Assembly: GCF_030144855.1 (NCBI RefSeq)
Contig: NC_082732.1
Coordinates: forward strand, 23,870,001-23,934,000
DNA from: Hypanus sabinus
Lineage: Eukaryota
Length of the DNA: 64,000 bases
Direction of reading: 5' to 3'
Shown piece by piece: positions 25,240-37,226 of this stretch; within the stretch, counting starts at the first letter, position 1; every line of letters starts with the position of its first letter. Position numbers and translations under genes: made by a program. The notes beneath the pieces are model-generated. The model had not been told where the DNA came from, ran no database searches, and was given only the letters and a program-made list of their open reading frames with translations.

Positions 25240-26305
25240 CTGAGTTTTTCATTTTATTATCTGTAATAATTAGTTATAATGGGTTTGTAATAGTAGGTGA
25301 CTTCAATTTTCATGTAGATAATCATTGTGACTCCAAAGCAAGAGGTTCATTGCATGAATCTTCTGCAGTCTTTTGACCTTAGTCAGCATGTCACTCAGCC
25401 AACACATAATGGAAGCCACACATTAGATTTAGTCATATCAAAAGGACTTGATGTTAAGGTAATTCAGAGCCCAGACAATGGCATTTCAGATCATTACTGT
25501 ATTTTCTTTAACATATATCTGTAACTAGAACCAAAGAATAAAGAGACGTTTTTTGATACCACAGTTGCTTCTAGGTTTTCTAATAGTATAACTGTGGCCC
25601 TGATTGTAGCATTTACTCTAATACAGCCTGTCTTTGTAAATAATAAGGTAGAACATCGTAATGCTAAACTGAGGGCTGTGGCCAGTATAGTAGCCATTGG
25701 AAATCTTAAGGAATCATCTACTGTTGTAATACCATAGAAAACTTGAACTGTCTGTAAACTCAAAAGAGTGTTGTAAGGCTGAGTGTAATAGGGAAAAAGT
25801 GGAGATATTAAAGATAGAAATAGAGCTGTTTCCAAAGATGCAAGCAAAGGAGTCACTGTTAGGTGCCATTGTCTCCTATTTTGGAGTATCTATTCTCTTA
25901 CATCCTAACTGTAATCTTAGATCCATGTTTACATAGTGTTCCTCAAGCCAATCATATAAGAACTGGTGATGCAGCCTTTTGCTTATGTGTACCAAAAATC
26001 TGGAATACTCTACCAATTAGGATATGCCAGGCTAATACTGTGGAAGGCGTCAAAACACTTCAAAGGCCTACTTTTAAAATTTGGCTTACTTATAGGACTA
26101 CTTAATACCTGTTGATGCTGATTATATTTACATAATTTGTTATATTTATATAATTTGTTATATTCAATTATGTTATTCTAAATGTTTATGATTTTTAATT
26201 TTGTCTTGTATTTTTATGACTATAATGATTTATCTTTATGTAAAGCAGTTTGAGCAATCTTAATATATGAAAGATGCTATATAAATTTATTATTATTATT
26301 TTATT
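25240..26305 (+). mobile_element. L2-clade LINE, internally deleted (APE endonuclease remnant joined to 3' end)
   Basis: VIVGDFNFHVD...QHVTQPTHNGSHTLDLVISKGL...ISDHYCIFF, then GDAAF...PKIWNTLP and the tail GTAAAGCA...GCTATATAAAT(TTA)n. Confidence 0.8.
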
Positions 26306-26986
26306 GCCATGTTTCTTTTATGTCAACTTGTTGGAGAAGACGGTGTATTGATTTGGGGTGTTAACTGAAAGTTTGCATTTCTGAGAGTTCCACGGTATTG
26401 TGAAATAGGGTACTTTAGCATATTCATCGCAAAATGTTACTTGAATGAGGAAGAAGTGCCGAGAAAATATGCAGTGGCTTGAATAGTGTTGGTGGATTTA
26501 AGCGAATAAAAAGTGTCAGGAAAGGGTTAGGGATAATAAAGTTTTTTATAGTGCATAATATAATATAATATATATAATATAATAAACCATTAGACCCGTG
26601 GCAATAACTAATCCTCTGTCTTTCCCTGATTGAACAATCAGGCAATTATAAAATACAAAGATTAGCTGATTCTATGAAGTTCTGGCGATGGATCATTATA
26701 CTGATCATCTTTGTGAAGTGAAGATACTAAATTTACACGTTGCAACAGTATTTTCTTAGAAGTCACACATGGCGAAGGAGGTGCCTTTTGAGTAACCCAT
26801 CTGTTCTGTCTGACCGGACTTGAATTTGCTCTTTGCCAGCATGTTTCTGCATTTAGGCTTCTGTGGAAGACACTAACTTTATATTCCCCCTCTTCTAGTG
26901 TTGCCTCCATTTCCTTTCCTTCAGTTTCTCTGTTTTATTTCTCCCCATTTGATTCTCGCAACATCAGTTTGGTTGTCTTGGATATA

Positions 26987-27100
26987 CGGTTGCAAGAAAA
27001 AGTATGTGAACTCTTTGCAGTTACCTGGTTTTATGCATTGATTACTCAAAAAATGTGGTCTGATCTTCATCTAAGTCATTATGATAGACAAACACAATCT
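26987..27100 (+). mobile_element. Tc1-like DNA transposon end fragment
   Basis: TA|CGGTTGCAAGAAAAAGTATGTGAAC, a Tc1-type TIR start after TA. No partner end was seen. Confidence 0.6.
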
Positions 27101-27104
27101 GAGA

Positions 27105-27572
27105 TTTCCTTCATTTATTTGGGACACTGTGCCGCTTAATTGTGACAAAACACTTGTTGAGCGGTTTTAACTGGTGTTAGTTGCATGTACTTATGTGGCC
27201 ATTGGACAATACATACTTGGAGCGAACAGTTTTTAAATAGTGTTCAAAAAGCATCAATTTTTTTTGTCACTGATAGTTGGCGAGAAATAAGCAGTAAGGT
27301 AATTCAGAGCTGTTTTGCTCACTGCAGTTTAAAGTTTTCATATTTGGAGTTGTGAGAAACAGCCAGGAGTGAAAATGAAATGATTTCACAACTTCAGCAA
27401 GTTAGCAGCTATAAAACATTTGAGTAGATGGATATTCGTCTTGAATATTACAATGAAAATTAATATTTGCAGGATGCAGCAGTTTCTAACTAGCATCGAT
27501 CACATGTACTTGTGTGGTCATTAGACACTGCTCAGAGCGAACAAATTTTAAATAGTGTCAGTTGTGTATGCA
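27105..27572 (+). mobile_element. pogo/Tigger-like non-autonomous DNA transposon, left part (contains an internal repeat)
   Basis: About 27170-27240 is repeated at about 27490-27570. The element appears to continue at about 33340-33741. Confidence 0.5.
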
Positions 27573-27665
27573 TGTCATAGAATTAAAGAAAGCAATGGCA
27601 CAGAATCAGGCCTTTTGGCTCATCTGGTCTGTGCAGAACCATTAAAACTACCTATTCCCATAGAC

Positions 27666-29045
27666 CAGGGGTCAGCAACCTTTACCACTGAAAGAGCCAC
27701 TTGGACCCGTTTCCCACAGAAAAGAAAACACTGGGAGCCGCAAAACCCGTTTGACATTTAAAATGAAATAACACTGCATACAACGTTTTGTTTTGCCTTT
27801 ATGCTATGTATAAACAAACTATAATGTGTTGCATTTATGAAATTGATGAACTCCTGCAGAGAAAACGAAATTACATTTCTGCATGCAACAAAAACATTTT
27901 GAACTCCGAAAAAAAGACGTTGGGTTGAAGGTTACTTTTAAGTAAAATACTCAACGTCTATTTGAGTCCTTCTTGTATTTATGAAAAACGCCAAACTTAA
28001 ATTTGCCGCCAGCAGCAAACCAAAAATAACGTCAGCCAGCTGTCAACCTGAAAAATAAAAGGACTATTTCACTGAACAATGAAAACATATGAATATACGT
28101 AAAATAATAGGCAATTAAAATATTTATCATACTTGGTCAGGTTGACTCACACCTGACAATGCAGTCGTATTCAGTAGGGATGGATCGATGCTTAGGGGAG
28201 TGATCGAGAAGGATAATGTGTTTTTTTCCTCTCTGAACTCACAGAAGCGTTTCCCAAACGATGTTTGCATTGCGATGATTGCAGAATGTAAATACTTCGA
28301 ATTTATCATGTCGTGACCTTGTTTGAACTCTCTCAAATTGGGGAAGTGAGACAATGTGCCTTTCTGTAAATCTCTGGCAAGCACTGTCAATTTGCGCTCG
28401 AATGCCAAAACATCCTCCAACATGTGCAGGGCTGTACGTCCTTACCCCTGAAGAGTTGTGTTCAGCGTGTTCAGGTGCGCTGTCATGTCTACCATGAAGT
28501 GTAGCTTTTCCAGCCACTCTGGCTGTTCCAGCTCAGGAAAGGTGAGCCCTTTGCTGCCCAGGAAAGTTTTCACTTCTTCCAGACATGCGACAAAGCGTTT
28601 CAGCACCTCCCCTCTGGACAGCCAGCGATTAAAAACATGTTGTAGCGGTGTGCTACACGCAGTCAGTAAACTGCAGTCAAAGATAGCTTTATTTGAACTA
28701 AACAGCCTTGCTTTTAAGCCTCCCTCAACCCGCCCCCCCATGGGCGCGGATGCTGCAAAAGACACGTACTCACAAACCCCTGTAGGCTATCTCCCTTAGC
28801 CTGAACGCTGGCTAATTGTGAGCCGGTTCGGATGTGTCAGGAAATGGGTCGCCACAACGTCTTATTTAGATTGTACAAGATCACCATAATCTTCAAATTT
28901 AGAATTACATTTCAAAAACTAACAAACTAACATAAAATACATTTTAATTAAACACTGACCAATTATTTCCCAAAGCAACAGGGAGCCGCAGCACAGACGT
29001 AAAAGAGCCACATGTGGCTCCGGAGCCGCGGGTTGCCGACCCCCG
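27666..29045 (-). mobile_element. hAT (Charlie/Buster-like) deletion derivative, 1380 bp, with 15-bp TIRs and 8-bp TSD
   Basis: TIRs CAGGGGTCAGCAACC and GGTTGCCGACCCCCG match at 13/15. TSD CCATAGAC lies at 27658-27665 and 29046-29053. The transposase segment at about 28127-28630 (RWLSRGEVLKRF...LQG*GRTALHMLEDVLAFERKL) has one in-frame stop. Confidence 0.95.
28641..28856 (-). mobile_element. Short solo LTR (216 bp) inside the hAT element
   Basis: Termini TGTAGCG...CGCCACA, flanks ATGT/ACGT (a 4-bp TSD with one CpG-type change), and AATAAA on the - strand near 28690. Confidence 0.65.
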
Positions 29046-29476
29046 CCATAGACCTACACCCGGACCATATCCCTCCATACTGCTCCCTTCCAAACTTCTC
29101 TTAAACATTGAAATTGAAATCACATTCACCACTTGCGCTGGCAACTTGTTTCACACTCTCATCACCCTCTGAGTAAAGAAGTTTCCCGTCATATTCCCTT
29201 AAACATTTCACCTTTCACCCTTAACCCATGACCTCTAGTTTTAGCCTCACCCAACCCCAGTGGAAAAAGCCTGCTTGCATTTACCCTGTCTATACACCTC
29301 ATACTTTTGTATACCTGTATCAAATCTCCCCTCCGTCTTCTACTACATTCTAAGGAATAAAGTTCTAACCTATTCAATCTTTCCTCAGAACTCATTTTTG
29401 CAACGTATTTGTAAATTTCCTGTGTACTCTTTCAATCTTATTAACATCTTTCCTGTAGGTTCTAACTCCAAGTTAG

Positions 29477-29683
29477 AAGAAGAAAGCCCTTAACTCTGAG
29501 TGGAGTCATCGGGATGCTGTTGTGACAGCATTTTTTTTTAGCGGGCTTTCTTATTTTTATGAGGCCGAGTTGCTAGCTCAATGCTCGGCCCAGCACAGGT
29601 GGAAAGCGTGCAAGGCTGGATTCAAACTCGGGAGCCTTCGCTCCGAAGTCCGGTGCTGATGCCACTATGTTACCAGCCAGCCT
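29477..29683 (-). mobile_element. tRNA-derived SINE with TSD
   Basis: The - strand head has an A-box-like TAACATAGTGG and a B-box-like GTTTGAATCC, and the tail is (CTT)n. Flanks ACTCCAAGTTAG (29465-29476) and ACTCCAAATTAG (29684-29695) form the TSD. Confidence 0.8.
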
Positions 29684-31189
29684 ACTCCAAATTAGGCCTC
29701 ACCAAAAATCTTGTACAACTTCAACATAACATCCCAACTCCTGTACTCAACACATTGATCTATGAAGGGTAATGTACCAGAAGCTTACTTACGTCACTAT
29801 TCTTTTGACACCACTTGCAATGAATTATGGACCTGTATTTCCAGATCCCTTTGCTCTACCGCACTCCTCTGTGCCTTATCACTCGCTGTGTGAGACCTAC
29901 CTTGGTTGATCCTACTGAACTACAACACCTCACACTTGTCTGCATTAAATTCCATCTGCCAATTTTCTAGCTGGTCTGCATCTCACTGCAAGCTTTGAGA
30001 ATCTTCCTCGCTGCCCACTGTACCCCCTTTCATGGTGTCATCTACAAATTTGCTGATCCAGTTAACCACATTATCATCCAGATCGTTGATATAGATGACA
30101 AACAACAACAGACCCAGCACCAATCCCTGCCACATTCCACTAGTCAGGCAACCATCTACTACTGCTCTCTGGCTTCTCCCACAGAGCCAATTTGTAATCC
30201 ATTTTACTACCTGATTTTGAATGCCAAGTGACTGAACCTTCTCGGCCAACCTCCTATGAGGGACCTTGCTGAAATCCATGTAGACAACATCCACTGCCTT
30301 GTCTTCATCGACTTTCCTGGTAACTTCCTCGAAAAACTCTGAGATTAGTTAGACATGACCTACCACGCACAAAACCATGCTGACGGTCCCTAATCAGTCT
30401 CTGTCTAGCCAAATACCTGTATATCCGGTCCCTTAGTATCCCTTCCAATAACTTTCCTACTATTGATGTCAGGCTCACCAGTTTATAATTTACTTGTTTA
30501 TTCTTAAAGCCTTTCTTAAACAGCGGGACAACATTAGCTATCCTCCAATGTTCCAGTATCTCACCTGTCACTAAGGATGATTTAGATATCTCTGCTAGGG
30601 CTGCTGCAATTTCTGCACTTGCCTCCCACAGGGTCCATGGTAACACCTTGTCAGGTCCTGGGGATTTATCTACCCTGATTTGCCTCAAGGCAGCAAACAT
30701 CTCCTCATCTGTAAACTGTAGAGAGTCTATGACCTTGCTGCTGCTTTGCGGCACTTCTATAGACTCTGTCCATCTCCCAAGTACATAGATACAAAAAGAT
30801 TCAACTCAGATTTTGTCCCATGCAACCGTTTTGCTCTTAACATATCTGTAGAAGCCCTTAGGATTTTCCTTCACTTTGTCTGCTAGAAAAGTCCTCCTGA
30901 TTGCTTAAGTGTTTTCTTGCATTTCTTGTACTCAAGTACCTCATTTGTTCCTACCTGCTATCCCCCTCCTTTTCTTTTCTTAACCAGGGCCTCAATATAT
31001 CTCAAACTAAGATTCCCTCAACCTGTTATCCTTTCCTTTTATTCTGACAGGCACATACAAACTTTATCTCCCTCAAAATTTTATTTCAAAAGCCTTTCAC
31101 TTACCAGTACATTTCTGACAGAAAACAGCTTGTCATAATCCTGATCTTACCAGATTCTTTCTGATACCATCAAATTGGCGTTTTTCCTA

Positions 31190-31902
31190 TGTAAAGGGGA
31201 TTTCTTCTTTTTCTTTGTTACTGTGTATGTAATCAAAATGGCTTCTTTGTTAAAAGCAAGAATGCTTCTTTGTTGCGAGAGAGTGCTGGAAGCTTGTTTG
31301 GGTTAAAATTTACTGATAACGAGAATTGTATTCCCTTGTAAACCAATTGGGATTAATGTTGTTCTTTCTTCTGAGTCTGTAAGCTATTGTTGGCAGGCAT
31401 TTGGGGAGATCGGTGCGAGAGGGTGAGAGAGAGAGAGGATGCGATGCTGTAAACTGGGCGAGGAATGGACCCCAAGGGGAGGGGTGTCCAAGATCAGGAG
31501 GTACACTGAGGAGAGGAGACGACGATAGATATGCTTGGTTGATCACTTCGGGTGGTCCTGAGCTGCGAGTCGAGGAGTTCGGAGGGGATTGAATGGTGGC
31601 CAGAAGACTTCAGTAATTGAGCTCCAACGGTTGTGCACGAAGTGGTTTGGACTTTGATAAGTTTGGTGCCTTTTCTTTATTTTTTTTCTTCATATATACT
31701 GTATCGTTATTAATCACTTAGTTATAGTAACCTTTATAAATTGTACTCATTTAATCGCATATGGTGTACTGTCTGTTTTTGGGCGAGGCGGGGACATCAC
31801 ACAGCATCCACACCAGCTGATTACCCAGTTTGGCGGGGCCGAAGGCTGCTCCCCCTAGATGAGAATGAGCTGAGCAAGCCTGTGGCGACCCAGGGGGTTA
31901 CA
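31190..31902. mobile_element. Solo LTR (713 bp) with 4-bp TSD
   Basis: Termini TGTAA...TTACA, with CCTA at 31186-31189 and 31903-31906. It interrupts the CR1 sequence. Confidence 0.88.
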
Positions 31903-33339
31903 CCTATTTAGGATCACAACCTGAGGACCAGAGCTATGCTTTTCCATAATTACCTTAAATCTAATGGCATATTGATTACTAGCTGCAAAGTGTTCCCCTA
32001 CACAAACTTCTGTCAGCTGCCTTGTCTCATTCCCTAATAGGAGAGATCATATTCTCTCCAGTTGGGATTTCTCTGTGCTGATTAAGGAAACTTCTCGTTC
32101 AGCTTTTTTTTACAGTAAGGGAGTCCCAGTCAATGTGTGGAAGGTTAAAATCACCTATCACAACCTTGTGTTTCTTTACATATTTGTTCCTCTAAATCCC
32201 ATACCGTTGGGTGCTCAAGAATATAGTCCTATTAACATAGTTATACCTTATTACTCGGTTCCACCCATAATGCCTCACTAGATGAATTCTCCAGTCTGTC
32301 TTGACTGAGTTCTGCTGTGACATTTTCCCTGACTAGTGACGCCACACCCCCCCCCCTTTTAATTCCTCCCGCTCAATCATGTTTAAAACTGACCCCTGGG
32401 ATTTCGAGCTGCCTGTTCTGCCCCTCCTGCAACCAGATCTCACTTATGACTACAATATCATAATTCCATGTGGTGTTCCATGCCCTGAGCTCAGTTGCCT
32501 TTCCTAGAAAACTACTTAGAACATTATTTGCATCATGCTCAACCTTTAGATTCCTGACTGAGGTCTTAACAATATCTGTCCCCACAACCACTCCACTATC
32601 TGTTCTGGCACTTTGTTTCCCATCCCCCTGCAACTTTAGTTTAATCCCCCTCCCACTATGCAATACTAGCAAACCATACCACTAGGATGTTAGTCCCCCA
32701 CCAGTTTAGGTGTAAACTCTCAGCTGTACAGGTCCCACTTTCCCTAGAAGAGAGCCCGATGATCTAAAAATCTGAAGCCTTCCCTCCTACACCAACTCCT
32801 TAGCCATATGATAAACTGTATGATCATCTTATTTCTGGCCTCGCTAGCATGTGGCACTGGTAACAATCCTGCGATCACAACCCTGGAGGTCCTGTCCTTT
32901 AACTTAGCACTTAACTCCCTGAACTTTCCTCGCAGAACCTCATCACTCTTTCTACCTATGTGGATCACGACCACTTAAGAATGCTGAGGGCTTACTTGAT
33001 CCAGGATATCCCAGACCCTGGCACCTGGGAGGTAACCCTAACTAATTAGTCCCCTATTGCACAGCTTGCCTCTTCCCCCCACCCCCCGACTTCCCTTCTG
33101 AGTCCAGAGTCAGAAGGAGCCAGAACCTGACCATGTGACTTTACTTAGCTAGTTCATACCCCTGCCTCCAACAGTATCCCAAGTGGTATACTTGTTATTG
33201 AGGGAGATGGTCACAAGGGTACTACTCTGCATTGGCTGTTTAACCCCTCTCACTTCCTGAATGTCACCCAATTTCCTGTGTCCTGCACCTTAGGTGTAAC
33301 TACCTCCCTATATGTTCTGTCTATCACCCCCTCAGCCTT

Positions 33340-33741
33340 TCAAATCTGCTACTTATTCATTTGGGCTGACTGATGCCGAATTAAAAAGCAGTGACTTTTG
33401 GCATTACTTATTGCAGCAAGGCAATGAAGGCAGCTCATTACCTGCACTAGGTTCTGCAGTGATTGTCGTTATTTACAGTCAATCAAAAAAATACGGCAGT
33501 GCACACTATGAATTTCTCTTGACATAGCTGTTAGGAACTGTCTTTTACAGTAATTTTCTTGAACTGTAATAATGGTAGTGTTCTAATTTGTTCTGTATTT
33601 CATTTAAAATACATACTTTAATACTCAGTTAAATGTAGTTTGTCGTTTTAAAAAAATATGTTTTTATGAAACTTCGGGCAGGCGCTTAACTGGACAAAAA
33701 TGTACTGGTCCTGTTGAGGCTCAATTAACTGGAGTCCAGTG
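33340..33741 (+). mobile_element. pogo/Tigger-like DNA transposon, right part with TIR
   Basis: Ends ...CAATTAACTGGAGTCCAGTG|TA, a CAG/CAC-type TIR followed by TA. Confidence 0.55.
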
Positions 33742-33789
33742 TACTTCTCAGATATTCTATGTACGTTGCTGGTCATGCTTTGGGATTAC

Positions 33790-34040
33790 TGTGGGTGGCG
33801 GTGCATCCTTGATGTTGTTGATGTGAAGTTTTTGCGAGTACTTAATTTCCACTAGGCATTCCAGTTTCTACCCACATCCCAAAGGCATAATGGTTGAATG
33901 AGAATTGTAAATATCCCTAATTTAGATGGGCGATTGGAAAATCAGGTGGAGTTGATGGACACGTGAGAGAAAATAATTTGTAGAGAATGGAATGCTTAGA
34001 GACCTAGTATAGGCTTTTACATCTAAATGACCATCTTCTG
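33790..34040 (+). mobile_element. Old V-SINE/HE1-type SINE
   Basis: Core CCAGTTTCTACCCACATCCCAAAG...TTGTAAAT, as in the copies at 40458 and 43125. Confidence 0.5.
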
Positions 34041-34339
34041 TATGATGAGAAAATACCATGTTTCCAAGTTGCACATCTCCTGTGCTACAAAAGCTATCCA
34101 TTTTAGATTATAACTTTCAAAGTATCAAAATACAGTGGTTGTGCAACATCGAAGGAGACAAATTAATAATTAGACGACATGTGGCATTTAAATTTAATTT
34201 CATGATTTTAATAGATATCACTTAAGATATAATTAACTATCAAATTACTCTTTCTGAAAGACAAACCTAACTTTCTTGTGGTTGTCACAAAAGAAAACAA
34301 AATCTGATCCCTTTATCTTGGTTGGCCCATGTTTGACAC

Positions 34340-34585
34340 CAGACCCAAGTTTGTGAGATTGGTTATTAATACCTTCTGTGGTAATCTAATTGTCACAACC
34401 ATATCAAAGCTTGTGATATACTTTGTGGGTAGAGTGCTGCGGTTCAAGAAAGCTACTCAAGAGCATTTCCTTATGGGTAGAAGTGCTAGCTTTTGCCAGT
34501 GATTCCCAAGTGTTTTAAATGCATTTTAAAATCTTACCCCTCTCTGATGCTGAAACCCTCTTTATTGTTTATGTTCTCCCATACT
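34340..34585 (+). repeat. Local duplication unit A (partner at 43398-43650)
   Basis: Colinear similarity, for example GTGCTAGC.TTTGCCAGTGATTCC.AAG and TTTTAAAATCTT.CCCCTCT. Confidence 0.8.
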
Positions 34586-35539
34586 ATGTACACTGTCCTG
34601 CATGAAGTCCCAATCAGATGTTATTTGCTGACACACTAGTTTCCCAGTCAACAAATGCTTCAGATATAAATTTTTTGTTCTTGTATATAAACTCTGTGGC
34701 TCTGCTGCATCCTGTCTCTGAATGCTTGGTCTACTCCTGAAAGAAACATTACTGTTTATCTCTTGCTTCTCCCTCCCCTCCCCCACCCCAATACTTAATA
34801 CAAAGTTCTGTATGTCACTTCCTTAGGTTGATGATCATCCCCTCATCTGTCAAGCCATGTCTAGGGTGTGAGTTGTGTCTTTCATTCTTTTGTTTCATTT
34901 TGCCATTTAAGACTGCCTTTAGAACTCACCTCTTTAATTATATTCATGATCCCTACTCCTAACCAATCCCCCTTTTGGCATGGTGATGCAGTTTTTTTTA
35001 AGCATTAAGTTAGCTTTGTGAATGCAAAGTGTTAGTAGTTTGTGCTTCTGTTTGAAGGCATAACGTGTCATGTATTCTAGAAGTACACAATACATCTTGA
35101 ATGTTCTGTGTAATTTTCTGTAATGACAAATCCATTGAGACAATTGATCTGTACATTCCATATGGAATAAAGCAGGTTTATTAGAAAGCATTTTTAATTA
35201 GAGCATAAGATCTATTAGATCTGGTTTTTAGTCACGCATTGCAAAGTTTACATTGTTTTGCATCTTGAATGCACTCCCATTGTCACAAGTTTTACGCTTT
35301 CAGGGAATTCTCTAAACCTTGTAGTATTTTCAACGGGATAAAAAAAACTTAAGTAATAAAGTAAGACTAACATAAAATACCATGCTGTGTCATGGAATGT
35401 GGAAGGCAAAAAAGAAATGAAGCAGATATCAAGACAGGATATTAATAAAAAAAAGCAATTCCCAAATTACAGGTTAGTTATTGTGAACTAATTTGCTGTG
35501 TTGTAAAATTTGAAGACCAGAGATTTGCATAAATGCTTT

Positions 35540-36295
35540 CTTTTTCTTTTTAAATCTTTTTATTAGTTTTAAACAAACATAAATGAAACATGAATACAAA
35601 ATGTTTGAGTACATAATTAATAGTTTAAATAGACATTCAGATGTATAATAATAAAAATATATAACCTCTCAAACTCAGAACATTAATGAACAAAGAAGTA
35701 AAAAGAGAAAAAAAAAGAGAGAAAAAAAAACACTAACCAACATGGGCCATTGAATAATATTAAGTACATATACAGTAGTGCCAATAACTCCGAACCTCCA
35801 TCCAAATAATTAAGGATAATATAAGTAAGGTTTAGGAAAAGACAATTCAACTCATGTGAAAATGTTGAATAAAAGGTCTCCAAGTTTCTTCAAATTTAAC
35901 TGAAGGATCAAAAACCACACTTCTAATTTTTTCTAAACTCAAACAAGAAATAGTTTGAGAAAACCACTGAAATACAGTTGGATGATTAATTTCTTTCCAA
36001 TTCAATAAAATAGATCTTCTAGCCATTAATGTAACAAATGCAATCATTCGTTGAGATGAAGCGGATAAACGGTTATTATCCGTCATTGGTAAACCGAAAA
36101 TTGCAGTAAGAGGATGCGGTTGGAAATTAATATTTAAAACTCTTGAAATAATACTGAAAATATCTTTCCAATAATTTTGTAAACAAGGGCAAGACCAGAA
36201 CATATGAGTCAATGAAGCAACATCAGAATGACATCTATCGCAGGTTGAATTAAGATGAGAATAAAATCGAGCCAGTTTATCCTTAGACATATGAG
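35540..36295 (-). mobile_element. L1-clade LINE 3' fragment (ORF2 C-terminal CCHC region, 3' UTR and A-rich tail)
   Basis: ORF 35847-36356 has CDRCHSDVASLTHMFWSC and ARRSILLNWK. A T-rich tail lies on the + strand at about 35540. Confidence 0.88.
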
Positions 36296-37063
36296 TATAC
36301 AATTCTAGGCTGATACTGAAGTGTAGTATTGTTGAGATACTGCATGGTACTATCAAAGATGTAATATTTTGGATTTAATGTTTAACCAAGCCCCTGTTTG
36401 TCCTTTGTGGACACAAGATTTTGTGGCACTATTTTGCAGGTAAAATAATTGTTTCTGGTACTTTAAAAATCATTCACTAACTTTGGGAAGTCCTGAAAAT
36501 CACTTTTAATGTAAGTTTTTTTTTGTCTCAGTAAGTTTGAACTGCTCTTCACAGCTCATGTCATATTATTATGGAATTTCACAGCTCTGCAATGAAACAT
36601 TCCTTCAACAGAAACAGGGTTCTAGAATAAATTGTGGAGTGGAATTTGGACCAATTACCTCCTGGGCCTGCAAGTGAGATTTGTTAATCGAAACAAGCTA
36701 CTCTATGGTAAACTTCAGATGGAGGAAATTATACTAGTAATTCAGTGAACAGATCGGTACATTATCCCATTGTGTGAAATAAAGTGATGGTGGGGGGGGG
36801 GGGGGATAAAGTAAATGTAGTTCAGGTATTCTTGGTATGAAGGGCTGTCCTAACTGGAATAGTCAAGCACATTTGCTTTATTGGCATTGAGGAGAAAGGC
36901 TCACGATTTCACTGAAACATCCAAGTTTAAGAAGTCGTAATAAGAGTAGATGCTCATAGCATGTTTCCTTGTTTGAGGAAATCTAGATCTAGGGAACACT
37001 TCAGAAGGAGTGCTCATCCATTTAAAGGTTTAGGAATGTCTTCCCACAATCATGAATCTACAG

Positions 37064-37226
37064 GAAAAACAAGAAAATCTGCAGTTGCTGGAAATCCAAA
37101 CACACACAAAATGCTGGAGGAAATTGCTGAGGTCTGACTCCTGATGAAGGGTCTCAGACCGAAACATTGACTGTGTACTCTTTTCCATAAATGCTGCCTG
37201 GCCTGCTGAGTTCCTCCAGCATTCTG
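37064..37226. mobile_element. Fold-back Penelope-like terminal-repeat fragment with a decayed + strand hammerhead core
   Basis: CTGATGA-AGGGTCTCAGACC-GAAAC-ATT at 37141-37168. Arms 37103-37122 and 37211-37226 are complementary. Confidence 0.8.

Larger units (their letters stand above)
27575..33340 (-). mobile_element. Near full-length decayed CR1 LINE (esterase ORF1, APE endonuclease, RT) hosting three direct insertions, one of which carries a fourth
   Basis: ORFs: 32744-32974 (SGNH esterase-like, VVIAGLLPVPHAS), 32373-32672 (YDIVVISEIWL), 30305-30754 (KSPGPD...QHGFVRGRSCLTNL), 29983-30294 (DVVYMDFSK...SKFVDD) and 29189-29395 (RRRGDLIQVYK). Confidence 0.92.

Noticed and set aside
29610-29683. 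tRNA-like sequence
   Set aside because: It is the head of a SINE with a body, tail and TSD, not a tRNA gene.
37141-37168. Sense-strand hammerhead that might cleave MICOS10 pre-mRNA
   Set aside because: The stem III palindrome has decayed (ACAT), the triplet is ATT and the stem II register is altered, so activity is unlikely.
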